From a virus (taxonomy: Duplodnaviria; Caudoviricetes), in the IMG/VR virus record IMGVR_UViG_3300033814_000023, positions 1 through 34,805 of that record: DNA of 34,805 nucleotides; one strand, 5' to 3'. Shown one piece after another: positions 1-8,809 of this stretch; within the stretch, counting starts at the first letter, position 1, and each line of letters begins with the position of its first letter. The notes beneath the pieces were generated by a model, which was given only the letters and a program-made list of their open reading frames with translations, was not told the DNA's origin and did not search any database. The translations under genes were made by a program, and so were the position numbers.

Positions 1-78
1 GATCTTCACCAGCGGCGCCGTAATCATGGAACCGCATCCAGCCAGCAGTAATGTTGCAAGCAGCACGAACCGGGACAT
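1..78 (-). CDS. Rz1-like outer-membrane lipoprotein spanin, nested in the +1 frame of Rz (truncated by the window edge)
   Basis: An AAGGAGG RBS precedes the ATG at 78. Translation MSRFVLLATLLLAGCGSMITAPLVKI shows a signal peptide II with lipobox LAG-C. Confidence 0.8.
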   Translation of the reverse strand, partial: MSRFVLLATLLLAGCGSMITAPLVKI

Positions 79-337
79 GGGGTGCCTCCTTCTCGATGAT
101 CGTCACGACTTCTCTGATTTCGATCTCGCGCTTCACATGCACTTCGCGCACGATCTCCTTCACTTTCTCGATCTTGGTGATGATCTTGACCGCAGCCTTG
201 GCCTGTTCGACCTGATAATCCCAGAGCTTTTTGACGCCCCGATGGTAACCCAAGCCAGCCGCCGTTCCGAGCGCCATCAAGATCACCAAACCGTATATGA
301 CAATACGCTGCCAATTCCCGAGAAGGAGTTCGATCAT
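1..337 (-). CDS. Rz-like inner-membrane spanin (runs off the window edge; absent from the ORF track)
   Basis: The ATG at 337 overlaps the upstream stop (ATGA). Manual translation gives MIELLLGNWQRIVIYGLVILMALGTAAGLGYHRGVKKLWDYQVEQAKAAVKIITKIEKVKEIVREV...ACNITAGWMRFHD: one N-terminal TM segment followed by a charged helical region. It lies downstream of the putative endolysin and contains a nested lipoprotein gene. Confidence 0.8.
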   Translation of the reverse strand, partial: MIELLLGNWQRIVIYGLVILMALGTAAGLGYHRGVKKLWDYQVEQAKAAVKIITKIEKVKEIVREVHVKREIEIREVVTIIEKEAPHVPVRAACNITAGWMRFHDYGAAGED

Positions 338-789
338 GCCGTCACCAGTTCCCCCGAATCCACGAACCGCGCCCCCCGAGCGTTGAGGATTTCAATCGAC
401 ACGGGATCGCCGTGATCTAGGGCGAGCTTGACCCGTTGCTGTAACCCGGCTTGGATGCCGCGAGCGATTCCGCCGCTGATCGTTCCGAGCGCCTCATTTA
501 CCTGATCGCCGACCCCAATACAACCGCTAGTGTCATCGTCGTTGCGAACGGAATGGATGCGGACATAGGTAAAGCCCGGAACGTCCGTCAGCGTAATCGT
601 GTCAGGGCCGAACTTTGGCGAGTTCTCCAACACTACTTTGTAGGTGCCAGCGGGGATCGCCGTCTCGTTCGACACTTTCACCGCGCGCAGTTCGTCCTCA
701 AGCGTTCGACAGAAATAGATTCCGTCCACGGACAACGAGCCGGTCATCCAATCCGGCTCACTGAACCGGCGTTGTAGGAGGAGTTTCAC
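334..789 (-). CDS. DUF5675-like protein, putative endolysin or cell-wall enzyme
   Basis: Motifs TG.L.VDG..FC.TLE, TAIPAGTY, SPKFG, VPGF..VRIH and DTSGCIGVG. It occupies the endolysin position just upstream of the spanins. Confidence 0.7.
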   Translation of the reverse strand: MKLLLQRRFSEPDWMTGSLSVDGIYFCRTLEDELRAVKVSNETAIPAGTYKVVLENSPKFGPDTITLTDVPGFTYVRIHSVRNDDDTSGCIGVGDQVNEALGTISGGIARGIQAGLQQRVKLALDHGDPVSIEILNARGARFVDSGELVTA

Positions 790-1109
790 CTACCCTTCCC
801 TAACTCCCTACAGAACTCCAGTTCCTTCGGCTGCTTCCGCTGCTCCGCCGTGAGCCGGTTGAGACAGTTGGCCTCGCGCTGCGCGTTCAGACTGTCGCGC
901 TGCACCTGGGTCTGCTCCTTGACTGCTTGGACGGCCTTGTTGTTATCGGCTGCGTCAACGTCGTGCTTCCAACCGCCGTATGCCAATAACGAGATCAGCA
1001 CCAGTTGTAGGATGCCGAGAACGTCTGAGCCACGGATGCGGAGCTTCTGATTTTTTACGTCGATCTCGACTTCATCCTGGTTCTTCGGGAGTTCTTCAGC
1101 CATCGTCAT
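786..1109 (-). CDS. small membrane protein with one TM segment and a coiled coil (lysis module, holin-like or unknown)
   Basis: AAGGAG RBS. TM segment VLGILQLVLISLLAYGGW followed by a helical C-terminus. Confidence 0.6.
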   Translation of the reverse strand: MTMAEELPKNQDEVEIDVKNQKLRIRGSDVLGILQLVLISLLAYGGWKHDVDAADNNKAVQAVKEQTQVQRDSLNAQREANCLNRLTAEQRKQPKELEFCRELGKGR

Positions 1110-1118
1110 GCTCCTTTG

Positions 1119-1460
1119 TCACTTGATCCTCGCCTCAATCGCGGCGACTTTTTGCAGAAGGATGTCAATCTTCCTGTCTCGCTCGGCTTCACGGAGCTTC
1201 ACATCAGCCAACTGTGAATCGCGGTTTTTCACTATTATCTCTCGCTCACTCTTGAGCGCCTTGACTTCTGTTTTAAGTTCCGCGAGAGATACCTGTGAGG
1301 TGGCAACCGCGGTCACCAAGGCGACCACCCCTATCCTGATCCACTCCTGCATCGGCAGGGTGTGCCGTATGAACGCGCCGGCGGCGAGAGCATGGTGCCA
1401 GTTCTCGCGCCACTCCACTACGCGCTCCGCGAGCCATTGTCCTATTGGTCCATTGATCAT
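1119..1460 (-). CDS. small membrane protein with a C-terminal coiled coil (holin-like candidate)
   Basis: The likely start is the ATG at 1460 (TAATG overlap with the upstream stop), not 1808. TM segment WIRIGVVALVTAVA followed by a heptad-rich tail. Confidence 0.6.
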   Translation of the reverse strand: MINGPIGQWLAERVVEWRENWHHALAAGAFIRHTLPMQEWIRIGVVALVTAVATSQVSLAELKTEVKALKSEREIIVKNRDSQLADVKLREAERDRKIDILLQKVAAIEARIK

Positions 1461-1792
1461 TAGCAATGTCTTCCCTTGGGATCGAACTGATTGAGCGCAT
1501 GCTCGCAGACCCACGCGGCGACCGCGCCGCGCCGCCCGCCACCGGCCTTGAGGCGTTTGAGCTTCGTCGTGAAGAGCAACTCCCGTGGCAGGTCCAAGAG
1601 CAGGACGGAGGAGACGAGGTTCCACGCAAGGTCGAGCGCGAGCCCGAGCGCGATGACGACGTAGGCGTTCGCTTTCGCGATCGGGTGGAGCGTCGCGCGA
1701 TGCTCGATCAAGGACATCGCGGCGAGGTAGAACGTCCAGGTCGAGAGCGCGAGGAGGTATCCGGCGGCGAGATAGAGCGCGATCGTCATCAT
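1460..1792 (-). CDS. phage membrane protein with 2 TM segments
   Basis: Two hydrophobic segments and a C-terminal WVC..LNQFDPKG.HC. GAGA RBS. Confidence 0.6.
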   Translation of the reverse strand: MMTIALYLAAGYLLALSTWTFYLAAMSLIEHRATLHPIAKANAYVVIALGLALDLAWNLVSSVLLLDLPRELLFTTKLKRLKAGGGRRGAVAAWVCEHALNQFDPKGRHC

Positions 1793-1804
1793 GTGTCTCT
1801 CCGA

Positions 1805-2167
1805 TCAAAACGATAGTTTAACCCCAAGGCTGCGGTTTCGGTTCGTCACCGCGATCTCTACTGCGGCGACCGCCCCGAGGAAGAGCTTCCGATTCATCGG
1901 CCGGAACCAGTCCGCGATCAGCGCGGTCGCGAGGATAGACCCAGCGAAGTAAGCATTGACGCGCCCGACCGAGGGATGATCACCGAGGATTGGATTCGTC
2001 TCGCGATACCGCTCCGGGTGCTTCGCGATGTAGCGCGTTTGCCCCCAATCGACGACGAGCGCGGAGACCGCGACGCCGCCGAGCGCGAGGTCGGCGCGGT
2101 CCCACGGCTCGGAGAGCGCCGGGGCAGAGAGGATCGCGAGGAGCAGCGATGCGACGATCCGAATCAC
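1805..2167 (-). CDS. exported or membrane hypothetical protein
   Basis: The GTG at 2167 overlaps the tail-tip stop (GTGA). Signal peptide IRIVASLLLAILSAPALS and a D..QT...E.NP.LG motif. Confidence 0.6.
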   Translation of the reverse strand: MIRIVASLLLAILSAPALSEPWDRADLALGGVAVSALVVDWGQTRYIAKHPERYRETNPILGDHPSVGRVNAYFAGSILATALIADWFRPMNRKLFLGAVAAVEIAVTNRNRSLGVKLSF

Positions 2168-5100
2168 GCCACGCCCCCGCGACGGTCCCCCGTCGAGACC
2201 CAAGTGACGAGGGCGTTGCCGTTAATATATTTTCCAGCAGCACCGCCATCGAGCCATAGAAAATCATGGGGCGGATTTTCCCCTGGCAATCCGGGGCCAC
2301 CTCCATCTGCTCCTTCTCCACTACCAGCATCCTTTCCGAGCCCGCCCGCTTCGGAGGTTCCATCGCCTGCGTATCCATTATCTACCGGTCCAGCCAACCA
2401 AGAATGGCCGCCGCTACCCACAGCCGTCCCAGCACCACCGCCACCGCCACCACCAATCCCGCCAAAATACTCGGCACCACCCCCACCTCCACCTCCCCAA
2501 AGTTGACCTTCTGCGTTTTCAATGTATAAAACGTATTCGACGAGCAATGCATCACCGCCCGCTTCTGGATTTGTAAGAGGAAAGCCAGCCGAGAAACCAT
2601 TTCCACCTTTCCCCTGCACGCGCCCGCGATTCTCGACAATAAGCGTGACTCCCGCAGGCCATGCTCCCGTTCGCAGCGCGGGCGAGGCGGTCGAGGTCGA
2701 TCCAACCGTGAAGCCGGGGAGTACGATGAAGCGGACCGTCTCGCCGGGAGAGCCACCGACAGGCGGAAGATAGAGCGAGTCATGGACCGTCCGGAGGTTG
2801 AGGTTGAAAACGTCGTTCTCGATGTAGATGATGCGCTCGCCCTCGCCCTCTCCGCCCCCGCCCCCGCCCGTCCCGCTCCCGCTAAAGAACGCGACGCCCT
2901 GCGCCCGGACGCGGATCTTATTCTCCCCGCGCTCGATCTCGACCACCGCCATTGTCGTCGACTTCTCCGCCCCCGTGTCGTCCTGGATCTCCGCCGTCTG
3001 GAGGTTAAAGAATTCCGCAAGGTCCAGTTCCCCCTCGCGGCTCGCGTCGAGCGCGAACTCTACCTCGGTCGGCGGATCGCGGAACATCGCGAGCAGACGA
3101 TTCCCGGTATCAAGCGCCGCCGTTCTCCCGAATTGCGGGATCCAGCGCGAGAATGCTTCGCGGATTCCCGGCGACCCGTAGAGCGCCTCGGCCTCGGCAT
3201 CGTGGATGACGACTCGGGAATGATAATTCCTCCGGTCGTCGAGCTTCGCGACCGGGCTCTTGATGCCGTAATAGACCCAGACCTGGGAGACGCGCCGCGA
3301 GTCTTGTCGCCTCGTTTGGAGCGAGCCCTCGATGATCCATGCGTCGTCGTCGACAGTGACGGTCGGGACGCGCGGACGGAGCGCCGCAAGCCTGATCTGA
3401 TCGGTGGCAACGTCATGCCAGAACGTCACCCCGGCCTGCTCCGAAAGTTCCCCGATGAGATCGCTGACCGGCGTCGGCTCCCCGATCCGCCCCGTGTAGA
3501 GCGTCGTGATCTCGGAGCCGGCGCCGTCCCAGTCGGAGAGAGCGATCGTCGCTGGGTCGACAGAGGAATAGTTCGTCAGAAGATCGTAGATGATGTCTTG
3601 AAAATGAGCCGCGGAATAGCGGAGGACGATCTGGACGAGGTCCTCCTCTTCGTGGTCTTCCGCCCCTGTCCCGAGTGCGCCGCGCACGACGACCGTGAAC
3701 GTGTCGCCCGAGCGCGTCACCTCGATCACCTCGTCGCCGATCGCGACGTGGCCCGCCACCCCTGAAGTGATCGACGCGTAGCCGCCCTCCGTCTCATCGA
3801 GGTCGCCGACTCCCGTCGGGGAGACCGAGAATGTTCCCGGTGACCCAGTAAGGTCCGCAGCCAGCTCGCCCTGAGAGGCGCGCGGCGCGACCGCCTTGCG
3901 CACCTCAATAATCGAGAACAAATCTTTCGCAACGATCGTCACCGCGCCGCCCGCCGGTCCCTGAATGCGGTCGATGATGTAATTCCGCACGCGCATATCG
4001 ATGAGCGCGTCCCCGACATATCCTTCGCGGACGCGGCAGCGATAGGCGGAATGGTACGGGTTTCGCGCAAGCCACTTCCCCCAGAAGGTCCCGCGCTCGT
4101 AGGGATCGAATTCCCCGTTCGTCTCGGTCGTCGCCTCGCCCGTAGGCCGCTCCAAGCGATATTTGTCAACGAGGTGATCGCTGTGTTGATGATCCGAGAG
4201 CCGGACGTTCACGACCTCGCGCTGCCCGAGCGGCGCCGCGCCCGCGTCCATCGCCGCGAGGTTGATCGCACTCGGCGTCGTCTCGATCCCGGCGAGCGAT
4301 GGGATCACGTTCCCGTAAGCGAGGAGCCCGCCCTGCGGCCGCGCGAACCGGAGCGTGAGCGTCCCCGGATTGTAGGCCGCAGGGTCCTGACAGGTGACGC
4401 GCGTGTTGTAGCATTTCCGCTCGCCCGTGATACCGAGGATGGCCTGACATTCTCCCCGTCCGTCGCTCGGGCTGTGAGTCCCGGTCGTGATCGCGCCGCC
4501 TCCGTTATACAAAAAGTTCCCGCCTGTTCCCTTATTGACGAGTCCGAAATCAGTTGGGGTTTCTTGATTATCATTAAGATGAAAATAGATCAGCGGAGCA
4601 ATTCCGGTCGGCGTAGAGCCGTCGGAGCCGAGCCCAACCGGAAAACCGTTCGCTGAGATAAATTTCCTCCGATTCGCCTCTACGGAAAAGTCGAGGTATT
4701 GATTCGGAGCGAAGTAGAACTCGGACATCTCACCCTCGAACTTCGCGTTCCCGTTTTCGGTCGCCGCCCCGACCTGAACGTCCGGAACCGTATGGTCGAT
4801 CGAATCGTCCGTGAGCGTAGCTGTAAAAGAGTCGAAGACATCGACATCATTGACGTAAATATGGCATTTCGCGTTCGCCAGATCCCAAGAGACGAGAAGA
4901 TGCCACGGACCCGTTCCAGCGATATAATCGACGTTAGTCGTCACTGCGATGAGAATCTCGGTCCCGGCTGAATTCCGTCCCCGAACGACGAAGTATCTCG
5001 GCGACGAAAAACGAAAAATCTCGAAACGAACACCGCCGAAAACACCCTCGCATAACAGATATTGGACCCCGCCCCCCGAAGTGAGATAGAACCAACCGGA

Positions 5101-5280
5101 GAAGACTCCGGTCTTTCCGTCCGCCGCTCCCGTGAGCCCCGCGCCACGCGAGAAATACTCGCTACCATCAAACTCCGCAGCATCGACGGTAAGAAGACCC
5201 ACGCCATCGCCGTATATACGCGTGCATAGCGGTTGATCCACTTCAAAAATTTGGATCGTCTCGCGGCCCCATTCAGCCAT
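2164..5280 (-). CDS. tail tip / hub / host-specificity protein with an inserted LamG(ConA)-like domain and a Gly-rich C-terminal domain
   Basis: 1038 aa, second gene after the tape measure. Cys cluster C...CQA..KCYNT..TCQD, an FWGKW.ARNP segment, a LamG-like WHLLVSWD..HIYVND..F.GEM.E stretch and a Gly-rich C-terminus. Confidence 0.75.
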   Translation of the reverse strand: MAEWGRETIQIFEVDQPLCTRIYGDGVGLLTVDAAEFDGSEYFSRGAGLTGAADGKTGVFSGWFYLTSGGGVQYLLCEGVFGGVRFEIFRFSSPRYFVVRGRNSAGTEILIAVTTNVDYIAGTGPWHLLVSWDLANAKCHIYVNDVDVFDSFTATLTDDSIDHTVPDVQVGAATENGNAKFEGEMSEFYFAPNQYLDFSVEANRRKFISANGFPVGLGSDGSTPTGIAPLIYFHLNDNQETPTDFGLVNKGTGGNFLYNGGGAITTGTHSPSDGRGECQAILGITGERKCYNTRVTCQDPAAYNPGTLTLRFARPQGGLLAYGNVIPSLAGIETTPSAINLAAMDAGAAPLGQREVVNVRLSDHQHSDHLVDKYRLERPTGEATTETNGEFDPYERGTFWGKWLARNPYHSAYRCRVREGYVGDALIDMRVRNYIIDRIQGPAGGAVTIVAKDLFSIIEVRKAVAPRASQGELAADLTGSPGTFSVSPTGVGDLDETEGGYASITSGVAGHVAIGDEVIEVTRSGDTFTVVVRGALGTGAEDHEEEDLVQIVLRYSAAHFQDIIYDLLTNYSSVDPATIALSDWDGAGSEITTLYTGRIGEPTPVSDLIGELSEQAGVTFWHDVATDQIRLAALRPRVPTVTVDDDAWIIEGSLQTRRQDSRRVSQVWVYYGIKSPVAKLDDRRNYHSRVVIHDAEAEALYGSPGIREAFSRWIPQFGRTAALDTGNRLLAMFRDPPTEVEFALDASREGELDLAEFFNLQTAEIQDDTGAEKSTTMAVVEIERGENKIRVRAQGVAFFSGSGTGGGGGGEGEGERIIYIENDVFNLNLRTVHDSLYLPPVGGSPGETVRFIVLPGFTVGSTSTASPALRTGAWPAGVTLIVENRGRVQGKGGNGFSAGFPLTNPEAGGDALLVEYVLYIENAEGQLWGGGGGGGAEYFGGIGGGGGGGAGTAVGSGGHSWLAGPVDNGYAGDGTSEAGGLGKDAGSGEGADGGGPGLPGENPPHDFLWLDGGAAGKYINGNALVTWVSTGDRRGGVA

Positions 5281-6118
5281 TGTCGATCCCGGTCATGTTC
5301 CACGACACGGACATCAGGTCCTTGATACCCATGTTCGAGGGATGTATGTCCTCCTGCGTCCAGACATAGGCGAGTTCCGCCGGGAAGGTCTGCGGACGCC
5401 AGCCGAAAAAGTAGGGGTATCGCCGTGCGGATTGGACGAAGAGATCGAGGTCCGAGCGTATCCAAGCGGCGGTGAGGTTGCGGAAGGCAACAGCGCCCAC
5501 GAGGCCGTGACGGCGGAAACTCTGCCCGAGGAACTGGCCCCCTCGCGAGAGCGCCTGGTGGAGTTCCGTTTGACGTGAGAGCGTGATCGGCGTGTGCCCA
5601 CCGTAGATCGGACGCTGCATCGTCAACGCCTCGCCGATGTAGATTACAGCGATGCGTGGTGGCAGGGAATTAGAATTGTCCGCGTCGAGCGTGATCTTGA
5701 CGTGGCGGATCGAGCGCAGTTCATCGAGGAAAAGAATCGGAGAGTCGTCGCTCGGGACCGTCGCCTCGGAAAACGCCGGGAGGTTCTCGTCCGTGTCGAT
5801 GTCCGTCGCGAGCCCAGCAGAGACCTCGACCGTGACGCCGGAGGTCCCGAGCGTGTGCGCCGCGATCCCGATGGCGTTAACGTCGTGGTCCGCCCCAAGG
5901 TCGATCTGCCACGTCGCGGGGAGGGCGACGGGCTCCCAGAACTCGACCGTGTCAGGTCGGGCCGGCGCGTCGCGCGGTCCGGCGTCCGTCTCGCTCGAAG
6001 CGGAGATCGCGGAGGCGAGGAGATCGCGCGCGAGGTTCTGCCACAGGATTCGCGGGTGCGTCAACGGTTCTCCGGCGGCGAGCGCGGCGGCGGGGAAGGA
6101 TGCGGGATAGATGATCAC
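5273..6118 (-). CDS. distal tail (Dit-like) / minor tail protein
   Basis: 281 aa, immediately after the tape measure (GTGA overlap). A discoidin-like WQIDLG..V.AIGIAAH N-terminal part, then PYFF.WRP. Confidence 0.65.
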   Translation of the reverse strand: MIIYPASFPAAALAAGEPLTHPRILWQNLARDLLASAISASSETDAGPRDAPARPDTVEFWEPVALPATWQIDLGADHDVNAIGIAAHTLGTSGVTVEVSAGLATDIDTDENLPAFSEATVPSDDSPILFLDELRSIRHVKITLDADNSNSLPPRIAVIYIGEALTMQRPIYGGHTPITLSRQTELHQALSRGGQFLGQSFRRHGLVGAVAFRNLTAAWIRSDLDLFVQSARRYPYFFGWRPQTFPAELAYVWTQEDIHPSNMGIKDLMSVSWNMTGIDNG

Positions 6119-8244
6119 GCTAAAACCAGGCGGCCGCCATCACGATTGTTCTCATTGATGCGCTCAAGCAATTCCCGGACTTGTTTCCTGCCGAACGTCT
6201 CACCGATCAATTGAACGACCGTCGTCTGGCTCGTCCCCCGGTTCCCGCCGCCAAGCGGCTGCGTAGCCGGTTCCGCGAGCTGCCCCGTCGGCGTCACGGA
6301 TGCCGTCCCGCCTACCGCGCCGCCGCTCCCCGATTTGATCGCGGCGATGAACCCGAACCCAGTGGCGAGCATCTGAAACGCAGCGATGACGCCCATCGGC
6401 CACCCGAGCTTGAGCGACTCCGCCGCACCGACCATCGTCGCAATGAACGCTTGCGTCGCCCCGGCAATCCGCGCCGCGCGCGCGAACTTATCGTTATATG
6501 CCCCGTAGGCTGCGAGCATGTTCGTAAACGCCCCGCCGAGTTCCATGAATTGCGCGCTCTGACTCATCGCCGCGATCCGCCGCATTTTTAGCCCCCCCTG
6601 CGCCGCGATGTCTCCCAAAGCAGCCTGATGCTTCAATTCCAAGTCCTCGCGCAGCCGTCGGTATTCCTCCTCTTTCATGTTCGTTTCTTCGGCGGCGGCA
6701 ACGAGTTGTTCAAGTCTCCGCTGGTGGCGCACGGCCTCCAATTCCTCCTCGACCAACGCATAGTCCTGAAGATTGACGAGATCCGCCGCGCGCTGGTCCC
6801 TGACCTTCTGCCACACCGCGTCCTGCTTCTCCTGAATCTTCGCGAGGTTCTCCTGATGCTTCACGGCTTCGAGGAGTATGAGTTGGTCGAATTCGGTTTG
6901 CGTGATGAGTTTCTTGCGCTGAAACTCCTTGATCTCCCGTAGCCGCGCCTCATGCGCCACGCGCTCCGCGTCCGCCTCGGACATAAGCGATTCACGCAGC
7001 TTATCGAGCCGACGTTGTGATTCCGGATCAATCGCGCCGCGCCCCTCACCACCGCCCCCTGCCATCGCTTTGCGTGCCTTCACGACCTCTTCGGAAGCCT
7101 TTGCCGAAGCCGCCGTGACCTCTGCGAGCCAGAGTTTTAATTCTTCGCTTGGTAGCGGCGCATTCGCAAGCTGCTCAAGTTCAGCGCGCGTCTCCGTGAC
7201 CCCCGCCCGCGCGGTTTCCGCCATGCGCTCGAACGCGCCAGCCACGTCGCGGTCGATTAGCCGGTTGATCTCCTCGATCGGGAATATCACATCTATTCCC
7301 GGTATCTTGTTGAACGCGCGGATGAGAAAATTAAGGGCATCAATCGCGCCGTTCACCATGCGCGTGATTGTCGGGGCGATTGAACCGAGCGCCTCTAGGA
7401 TGACTACGGAAATTTCCTGCCACCCGAGTTTGACGCCAGTCGCGATGATCTCAAGTCCCCGAAACGCATTCGCCAGTAGACCAGCGAAGCGCACCGCAAC
7501 ATCAAGCGCGAAGCGTATCTCATTCTCGAACCCGCGCGAGTCAATCGCCATCTTTCGCAGTCGCTGCGACACATCATCCAAGACCGGCGCAAGCGCGACC
7601 GCAATCCGATTAGCAGCTCCGCGCGCCGCTTCCGAGAGCGATGAGAACTGATCCCGCGCCCGCTCGATCGTCGTCGCGTCAACCTCGGAGACTGCAAGCC
7701 CGAGAGCTTCGACTTCTTCGCGTGCGGTCGCCAATGCGTCGGCGTCGATCAGGCCGATGACGCCGCGCATCTTCTTCCCGAAGATTTCAGCGGCCACCGC
7801 CGCACGTTCCGCCGCCGGCACGTTGCGGAGCAGCGCGTTGTTTATGGCCTCGATGCGCTGGTCAACGTCGAGCTTGGAAATCTCACGCACCGAGAGCCCT
7901 AGACGGTCGAAGGCTTCGGTGGCCTTGTCCTCGCCCTGCAACGCTTTGCCGAGCAGCACGTCGAGGTTCGATGTGGCCTGCGCGAGCTTTTCCTTCTCCA
8001 CCCCCGCGAGGCCCGCCGCGCGCTGTAGCGTTTCAAGCCCCCGGCTCGATGCCCCGAGCGTGCGCGCGAGCTTCAGTTGCGCGTCAATGGCCTCCAGGGT
8101 GTGCGCGATTAGAAGAACGGGACCGCCAATCGTCGCCATCGCGACGGTGGCATGCTTCACGGCGCCGAGCGCCCCAAGGACTTCTGAAAGTCCCTGTGGC
8201 GACATCTTTACGCGGATGTCGGGGTTCCCGGAGCTGAGGGCCAT
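6115..8244 (-). CDS. tape measure protein
   Basis: 709 aa, Ala-rich and helical, with a typical AFDRLGLS...A.EIFGK segment. It follows the tail chaperone. Confidence 0.9.
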   Translation of the reverse strand: MALSSGNPDIRVKMSPQGLSEVLGALGAVKHATVAMATIGGPVLLIAHTLEAIDAQLKLARTLGASSRGLETLQRAAGLAGVEKEKLAQATSNLDVLLGKALQGEDKATEAFDRLGLSVREISKLDVDQRIEAINNALLRNVPAAERAAVAAEIFGKKMRGVIGLIDADALATAREEVEALGLAVSEVDATTIERARDQFSSLSEAARGAANRIAVALAPVLDDVSQRLRKMAIDSRGFENEIRFALDVAVRFAGLLANAFRGLEIIATGVKLGWQEISVVILEALGSIAPTITRMVNGAIDALNFLIRAFNKIPGIDVIFPIEEINRLIDRDVAGAFERMAETARAGVTETRAELEQLANAPLPSEELKLWLAEVTAASAKASEEVVKARKAMAGGGGEGRGAIDPESQRRLDKLRESLMSEADAERVAHEARLREIKEFQRKKLITQTEFDQLILLEAVKHQENLAKIQEKQDAVWQKVRDQRAADLVNLQDYALVEEELEAVRHQRRLEQLVAAAEETNMKEEEYRRLREDLELKHQAALGDIAAQGGLKMRRIAAMSQSAQFMELGGAFTNMLAAYGAYNDKFARAARIAGATQAFIATMVGAAESLKLGWPMGVIAAFQMLATGFGFIAAIKSGSGGAVGGTASVTPTGQLAEPATQPLGGGNRGTSQTTVVQLIGETFGRKQVRELLERINENNRDGGRLVLA

Positions 8245-8246
8245 CG

Positions 8247-8477
8247 TCAGGCCGCCTTATCGAACATGCCGCGCTCGTTCATGTCGGACCACAACTCCTC
8301 TACGTCATCCTCCGTCAGCGACCCATACATCTTCACCGGCCGCCGCGCCGCGACCTGCCACCAGAATTCGACTGGGTGCAGCCGCCAGAACTCCTCCGGC
8401 TTCAGCCCCCAACCGACCGCGGCTTTGTACGCGGCTTCGACGATGGAGCCGCCACCACCGCCGCGCCGGGTTTTCCC
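8247..8477 (-). CDS. gpT-like -1 frameshift extension of the tail assembly chaperone
   Basis: The -1 frame from the slippery site reads GKTRRGGGGSIVEAAYKAAVGWGLKPEEFWRLHPVEFWWQVAARRPVKMYGSLTEDDVEELWSDMNERGMFDKAA*. The stop at 8247-8249 lies 2 nt before the tape measure ATG. Confidence 0.8.
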   Translation of the reverse strand, partial: GKTRRGGGGGSIVEAAYKAAVGWGLKPEEFWRLHPVEFWWQVAARRPVKMYGSLTEDDVEELWSDMNERGMFDKAA

Positions 8478-8806
8478 GCGGCCGCCTCCTTCGCCGCATC
8501 CGGTGGGATCATCAGGAGCAGCAAGTCACCGATTGCCCGCGCGATGCGCTCGCCCATCTCGCCGCTCTTGAACATCGAAGCGTAGATCTCGGGATCGGAA
8601 ACACGCGCCCCGGCGAACCGGAGGACCGCACCGTAGGCCATAGAAAGACGGCCGAGTGGGACGGAGTTGGTGCGCGACCATCGCTCCAAATCACCGAGCG
8701 AAATGTGGTTCTCGATGATCGCAATGACGCGCATCACATCGTTCGGCGGGACGATGTAATCCGCCCCGCCCCATTGGAGCTTAACCTCCGAGAATATGTC
8801 AGCCAT
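8402..8806 (-). CDS. tail assembly chaperone (gpG-like)
   Basis: 134 aa between the tail tube and tape measure genes. Contains the slippery site. Confidence 0.8.
   Translation of the reverse strand: MADIFSEVKLQWGGADYIVPPNDVMRVIAIIENHISLGDLERWSRTNSVPLGRLSMAYGAVLRFAGARVSDPEIYASMFKSGEMGERIARAIGDLLLLMIPPDAAKEAAAGKPGAAVVAAPSSKPRTKPRSVGG
8471..8477 (-). promoter_or_regulatory. programmed -1 ribosomal frameshift heptamer G GGA AAA
   Basis: An X XXY YYZ heptamer in the correct phase (Gly-Lys), analogous to the lambda G/T site GGGAAAG. Confidence 0.8.
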
Positions 8807-8809
8807 ACA

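Noticed and set aside
2782-3765. Long plus-strand ORFs (e.g. 2782-3765, 7757-8845, 19711-20703, 22315-23223)
   Set aside because: They are antisense shadows of well-supported minus-strand genes, expected with high-GC codon bias, and carry no recognisable motifs.
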